DNA of 64,000 nucleotides from the human T2T-CHM13v2.0 reference genome, Homo sapiens. Below the pieces are notes generated by a model that was not told where the DNA came from, did no database searches, and was given only the letters and a program-made list of their open reading frames with translations. The translations under genes and the position numbers were made by a program. Of the stretch, positions 63,701 through 64,000 are shown in pieces. The stretch lies in NCBI RefSeq assembly GCF_009914755.1, contig NC_060938.1. One strand, 5' to 3'. Every line of letters starts with the position of its first letter. Within the stretch, counting starts at the first letter, position 1.

Positions 63701-64000
63701 GGATAGGGCTGAAGAACACAGGTCGCTGCATTTAGAAAGGAGGCGGGGTCAGAGGAATAGAAAGGGATAGGGCTGAAGAACAGAGGTCGCTGCATTTAGA
63801 AAGGAGGCGGGGTCAGAGGAATAGAAAGGGATAGGCCTGAAGAACACAGGTCGCTGCATTTAGAAAGGAGGCGGGGTCAGAGGAATAGAAAGGGATAGGG
63901 CTGAAGAACAGAGGTCGCTGCATTTAGAAAGGAGGCGGGGTCAGAGGAATAGAAAGGGACAGGGCTGAAGAACACAGGTCGCTGCATTTAGAAAGGAGGC

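Larger units (their letters stand above)
1..64000 (+). repeat. 64-bp tandem satellite array (about 1000 monomers, head-to-tail, purine/G-rich + strand); probable human WaluSat
   Basis: Seen: the 64-bp unit starts at 1, 65, 129 and so on, and continues without a break to the end (last partial unit at 63996). Most monomers differ from consensus at only a few bases, mainly unit positions 29, 33-35 and 44. Consensus composition is 25 G, 22 A, 8 C, 9 T. The tandem-array call is essentially certain. The WaluSat family name is recalled from the T2T human repeat literature, not from a search (about 0.75 confidence). Confidence 0.98.

Noticed and set aside
1-64000. CRISPR-like architecture (conserved half plus variable half, about 64-bp period)
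   Set aside because: The variable half differs by only a few substitutions between units. There are no unique spacers, leader or cas genes.
1-64000. Idea that the T/C29 and C/G44 pattern is a functional information code or diversity-generating cassette system
   Set aside because: The order of variants is adequately explained by nested duplication and conversion. No recombinase, reverse transcriptase, expression site or reading frame is present to use such a code.

Overview
The whole 64,000-bp window is one uninterrupted head-to-tail tandem array of a 64-bp monomer, consensus GAGGCGGGGTCAGAGGAATAGAAAGGGA(T/C)AGGGCTGAAGAACA(C/G)AGGTCGCTGCATTTAGAAAG. It holds 1000 complete units plus 5 bp. I found 13 single-base indels (4 insertions, 9 deletions); their net -5 matches the phase at the window end. 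I saw no genes, RNA genes, transposon insertions, inversions or unique spacers, and the two listed ORFs are by-products of the repeat. From memory, the unit length, sequence and G-rich strand asymmetry match the human 64-bp 'WaluSat' satellite of the T2T-CHM13 repeat annotation, which has large arrays on acrocentric short arms; this needs confirming by alignment. I do not see a new gene system. The informative signal is in the monomer variants, which record: nested multi-kb duplications (107-, 83-, 37-, 115- and about 304-unit offsets), left and right sub-domains, a recurrent multi-monomer cassette, apparent single-monomer conversion events, and variants that perfect local short direct repeats. 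All coordinates and counts were read by eye.
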